Shown here: positions 60,422-64,000 of the stretch, piece by piece
Position numbering within the stretch: position 1 is the stretch's first letter
Layout of the letters: each line of letters starts with the position of its first letter
Source of the DNA: Neoechinorhynchus agilis
Lineage: Eukaryota; Animalia; Acanthocephala
Reading direction: 5' to 3'
NCBI GenBank assembly: GCA_051530055.1
Contig: CM121341.1
Coordinates: 3,755,761-3,819,760 of the forward strand
Length of the DNA stretch: 64,000 bases
The notes under the pieces: model-generated
What the model was told of the DNA's origin: nothing
The model's database searches: none
The model's input: only the letters and a program-made list of their open reading frames with translations
Made by a program: the position numbers and the translations under genes

Positions 60422-61107
60422 CTAGACCGTCCTACGGCGTTCAACATTATCTTCTTTATCCTCTTCGTCGCTTTCAACGGGATCAGTTTCGTCATGAATG
60501 GACTCTGGATCAACAGGGGCACTTTTCATTTCGTAATCGAGCGGTTTAAGGTTTAGTCGCCTTCCGGGCAGAAACGATACGTGTTCATAGTACTCAATCA
60601 TTTTGTTCAATGAGAAAAAACTGAGACCATTGATCTTGTACCGACCGTCTTCATTGCAATCTACAAGATAATGGCTCACATCTCCGTCGTACCTTTACAA
60701 CAAATTCCCTTTTTTTAACTGTGTAAGAATAATAACTTACTTCACAGAAATGGCATATCTCGAAGGATACTTTTGAGAATATCTTAAAATAAATGTGCCG
60801 TCTGCATTCACGAACGTTCCATCTTCATAAGTTTTCAAAAGTAACAACCGTGCTTCTTCGCGGCTCAAATCACCTTTAAACCAACTTCTAGGTAGAACAT
60901 TCACACAAGACGTCGGAACGTATCCCAAGCGTCCTTTATATTCCGCCCAATGCCACTTGGGTTTCTCATCGCCGGTTAGAATCTATAGAACCGAAATCGA
61001 CTTTTTATTCATATGAATTTAACCCACACCTTTATCGTAGTGCCACGTTTGACGTTCATTTCATCCGGACGAAAACTTCGGTGCGATTTCTTTACATATG
61101 CTTCCAT
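60422..61107 (-). CDS. GRB2: GRB2/DRK-like adaptor (SH3-SH2, acidic tail)
   Basis: MEAYVKKSHRSFRPDEMNVKRGTTIK|ILTGDEKPKWHWAEYKGRLGYVPTSC...WFKGDLSREEA...FILRYS...AISVK|YDGDVSHY. Introns 61029-60983 (47 nt) and 60740-60693 (48 nt) are at positions I recall from GRB2 (after codon 26; within SVK). Confidence 0.8.
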
Positions 61108-61299
61108 TTTCGGATCAAGTTAGACGGATTTAATAAAACTGAGACTGTATAGGGAATGAAACGTGACTGGAGTCTAGAGAAAGAGCAAAATCACACGTTC
61201 CCGTTTTGCTAACAATGTCTGATTTCAAACCATTCGAGATGATAAAAAACGAGCGATGAGTGTCTTTTTTAAACCAGTCGAAATCACTCAGTGATCAAC

Positions 61300-61836
61300 A
61301 ACTTGGGAATTTAACAATTGACGATGTAAAAGTGCTCGATTAAACGCTTCATTTTCTTATCAACGATTTTGGTGAAAAAACGGGCATAAATTCCAATTTG
61401 ATCGCTTATAATCTTTGTACGAAAATCCATTAAATCCTCAACTAAAAGAGTTTTATAACTTTCTCGGTGCCATGAGTCAAAAACTGAACTTGGGAATTTA
61501 ACAATTGACGATGTAAAAGTGCTCGATTAAACGCTTCATTTTCTTATCAACGATTTTTGGTGAAAAAACGGGCAGAAATTTCAATTTGATCGCTTATAAT
61601 CTTTTTACGAAAATCCATTAAATCCTCAACTAAAAGAGTTTTATAACTTTCTCGGTGCCATCAGTCAAAAACTGAACTTGGGAATTTAACAATTGACGAT
61701 GTAAAAGTGCTCGATTAAACGCTTCATTTTCTTATCAACGATTTTTGGTGAAAAAACGGGCAGAAATTTCAATTTGATCGCTTATAATCTTTGTACGAAA
61801 ATCCATTAAATCCTCAACTAAAAGAGTTTTATAACT
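61300..61836. repeat. Tandem repeat, 187-188-bp unit, about 2.9 copies
   Basis: ACTTGGGAATTTAACAATTG at 61301, 61488 and 61676. Confidence 0.95.
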
Positions 61837-62678
61837 GTAGATTGATTGCATTTTGCGATGTTTAAGTAGAAACAATTACAATATTTTTGAATATTTTAAC
61901 AAAGAATGCAGATTCGCATTTTGTCGACTTCAAGTTTTATTGAGGAAAAGGTTTTTTTTATGGGGTACTAAAAATTTCAGCGGATTTGAAAATTCGTAAC
62001 AGAGCATAAAAAATTCTTGGCTAAAATTCACGTCATTTGTTTATGTGAGAGCTTTGGATGTTGGTTCTTCTATTTTCGCAAAAACTATATCTAGGCTCTC
62101 CTATTCAGCTTATTTAAATCTAAAAAACTTTGTCCTCAATTCAGAAATTTAATGCAGCGAAGTACGTAAAGCGAATGGAGTGTTGAATACTAATTGCCCA
62201 TTTTCTTTGGTAAACATCTAGACTAGCATCTTGGCGAATAGATGAGCAATTAAAATTTTTGTAGGAATTTTAATTTCCCATTCTTTAAACGATTGCCCTT
62301 TCGGGTCTACTTGAGACAATGAATGGCTTATTATAAAATTCATTTGACTCTGTAAAATCTAACCTCAAGTCCCACTTGAGTCGCAGAATATCATTAAATA
62401 AAAAAACGTCCATAAAAAACCATTACGATCGCCAAGCATGTGAAAAAAGATCGGCATTTTCGTTTTTCCATTTCCATTCGTTTAAAAAGTAGAGCTCGTG
62501 CTCGTTACCTGATATCAATGAACTCAAAACATTACACCATACAAAACCGACAAGGCAGCATATTTTGATATTATTTTCTTTTTTTACCGTTTTATATGAT
62601 TAAAGTGTTCGCACAATACTTTAGATATGGTTTTCTCATCCTTCCGTAATGGGTTTGTATTTTTCATCCGTTTTTCTA

Positions 62679-62864
62679 ATTGTCGATTGGAGAAATAAAT
62701 GAAATTAAGATTTTATTGGATATTTCGATCCACTATCTCGGATCTTCTTCAGTGATTGTTAAAGTGCGAATAAAACACTTTAACAATCGCTGAAGAAGAT
62801 CCGGGATAGTGGATCGAAATATCCAATAAAATCTTAGTTTCATTTATTTTCTCCTATCGACAAA
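62679..62864. repeat. Near-perfect foldback palindrome of about 185 bp (MITE-like)
   Basis: TGTCGATTGGAGAAATAAATGAAA...TTAAAGTG, loop, CACTTTAAC...TTTCATTTATTTTCTCCTATCGACA. Confidence 0.92.
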
Positions 62865-63486
62865 TAACAATGAATTATTTTTTAACATCCGTTTTTCTTT
62901 CAAATTAAGATGCTATTTTTCACTTTTTGCTTAGCGGATTCAAAACAAATGGGCATTTTTGGGAATTAATTCAACATTTGTTGATGGGAAAGATCAGTGT
63001 GGTTCGTTTTTGAAAACACGATTCTTAATGCAGTTCTAAAACAAGCCCTTCAAAATCACTCAAACTATCGAATTTCAGTAGGTCCGCTAAAAAACTACTT
63101 CATTTAATTAAAAAAACCCACTTGTGATTGAAGCATACTGCTATTTTCAATGTTTTTCATTTTTACAAATCGATCAAGAATTCTTGAAACCGACATAAAT
63201 GGTCTTACCATCAAAAATCTTTTCTGATTGTAGATCCCGTTTGCATGGCAAACAATTCTAGAATTATGATTTCGTGAGCATGTCTCCTCTATTTTCATGA
63301 TCATTTATCCTTCAAATAAACGCCGTTTAGCACTTACGATCTATCAGAAACATTTCAAATCACAATGCTCGAGTTCTTCAAGCGCATACAATCGACGAAT
63401 CCTAAATTAGCTGCTTATATTAAACGAGAATACCAGAATACGGGTGATTACATTTGACATCGATTAAAATTAAATGAATATTTTAG

Positions 63487-63706
63487 GAGCTTATAGTTGG
63501 CTAAAGAATATAATTGGAAACGAAGATGCTAAAAATCTTGATGATCTGGGAATAAAAAGACGAAACAGCAGTATTCAAGTAATCGATACTATCAATACAG
63601 AACCGAGTGCGGATGCTATAGTAAGACGCTGTAGGCGATTCAATAACATTCGTGATATAAAACGTTTTGTAACAAAATGGGCACATAAAATCCACAGAAA
63701 CGTAAA
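63487..63706 (+). CDS. Possible internal exon of an unidentified gene
   Basis: TTTTAG acceptor and AAC|GTAAAG donor bracket an open frame. Confidence 0.25.
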
Positions 63707-64000
63707 GTTCCAATGTTGATCTCGATTTCAAAACAATTTGCGCCTGTGTTATCAAATAAATTTTAAATTACAATCGACGTGCGTGTGTGTCGAATAAGCA
63801 AAATAATAATGCTGACTAATATATTTGTTTTTGAACAAAAATTTACTAAATATTTTCCATTTTGTTGACGGTCGAATTGACCTCGTTCAAAAATGGCCCA
63901 GTACATTCAAACCATTAAAGAAAATCAAAAAGAACTGAGTAGATCTGAACAAGAAAATGAATACCTTTCTCATCTTTGTTGCTCTTCTGTCCACGGTCTT

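Noticed and set aside
1-64000. Species or phylum assignment
   Set aside because: Intron size, GRB2 intron positions and repeat content indicate a fast-evolving invertebrate, but nothing here is diagnostic without a search.

Overview
AT-rich, compact animal (metazoan) genomic DNA with short (about 40-60 nt) GT-AG introns; no prokaryotic or CRISPR features. Host genes: an INPP4-like phosphoinositide phosphatase and a convergent TPR protein (both duplicated at offset 29,581), a secreted-type LRR protein (duplicated at offset 21,452), a mitochondrial aspartyl-tRNA synthetase interrupted by a 428-bp insert without GT-AG ends, a PPPGF-repeat protein, and a GRB2-like SH3-SH2 adaptor. The rest is decayed retroelements (Penelope-like, CRE-like, RTE-like, L2/CR1-like, one Gypsy fragment), five unrelated satellites, an 18-bp coding-type minisatellite and several foldback palindromes. 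The most striking element is a tRNA-derived SINE-like repeat (3 copies: 40.4k +, 46.2k -, 46.5k -). It carries a complete hammerhead ribozyme core whose three strands are in a non-circularly permuted order (GAAA strand, then CUGAUGA strand, then cleavage strand), so it must fold as a pseudoknot or cleave as a dimer or concatemer. All alignments, counts and folds were done by eye; no database search was run and the species was not identified.
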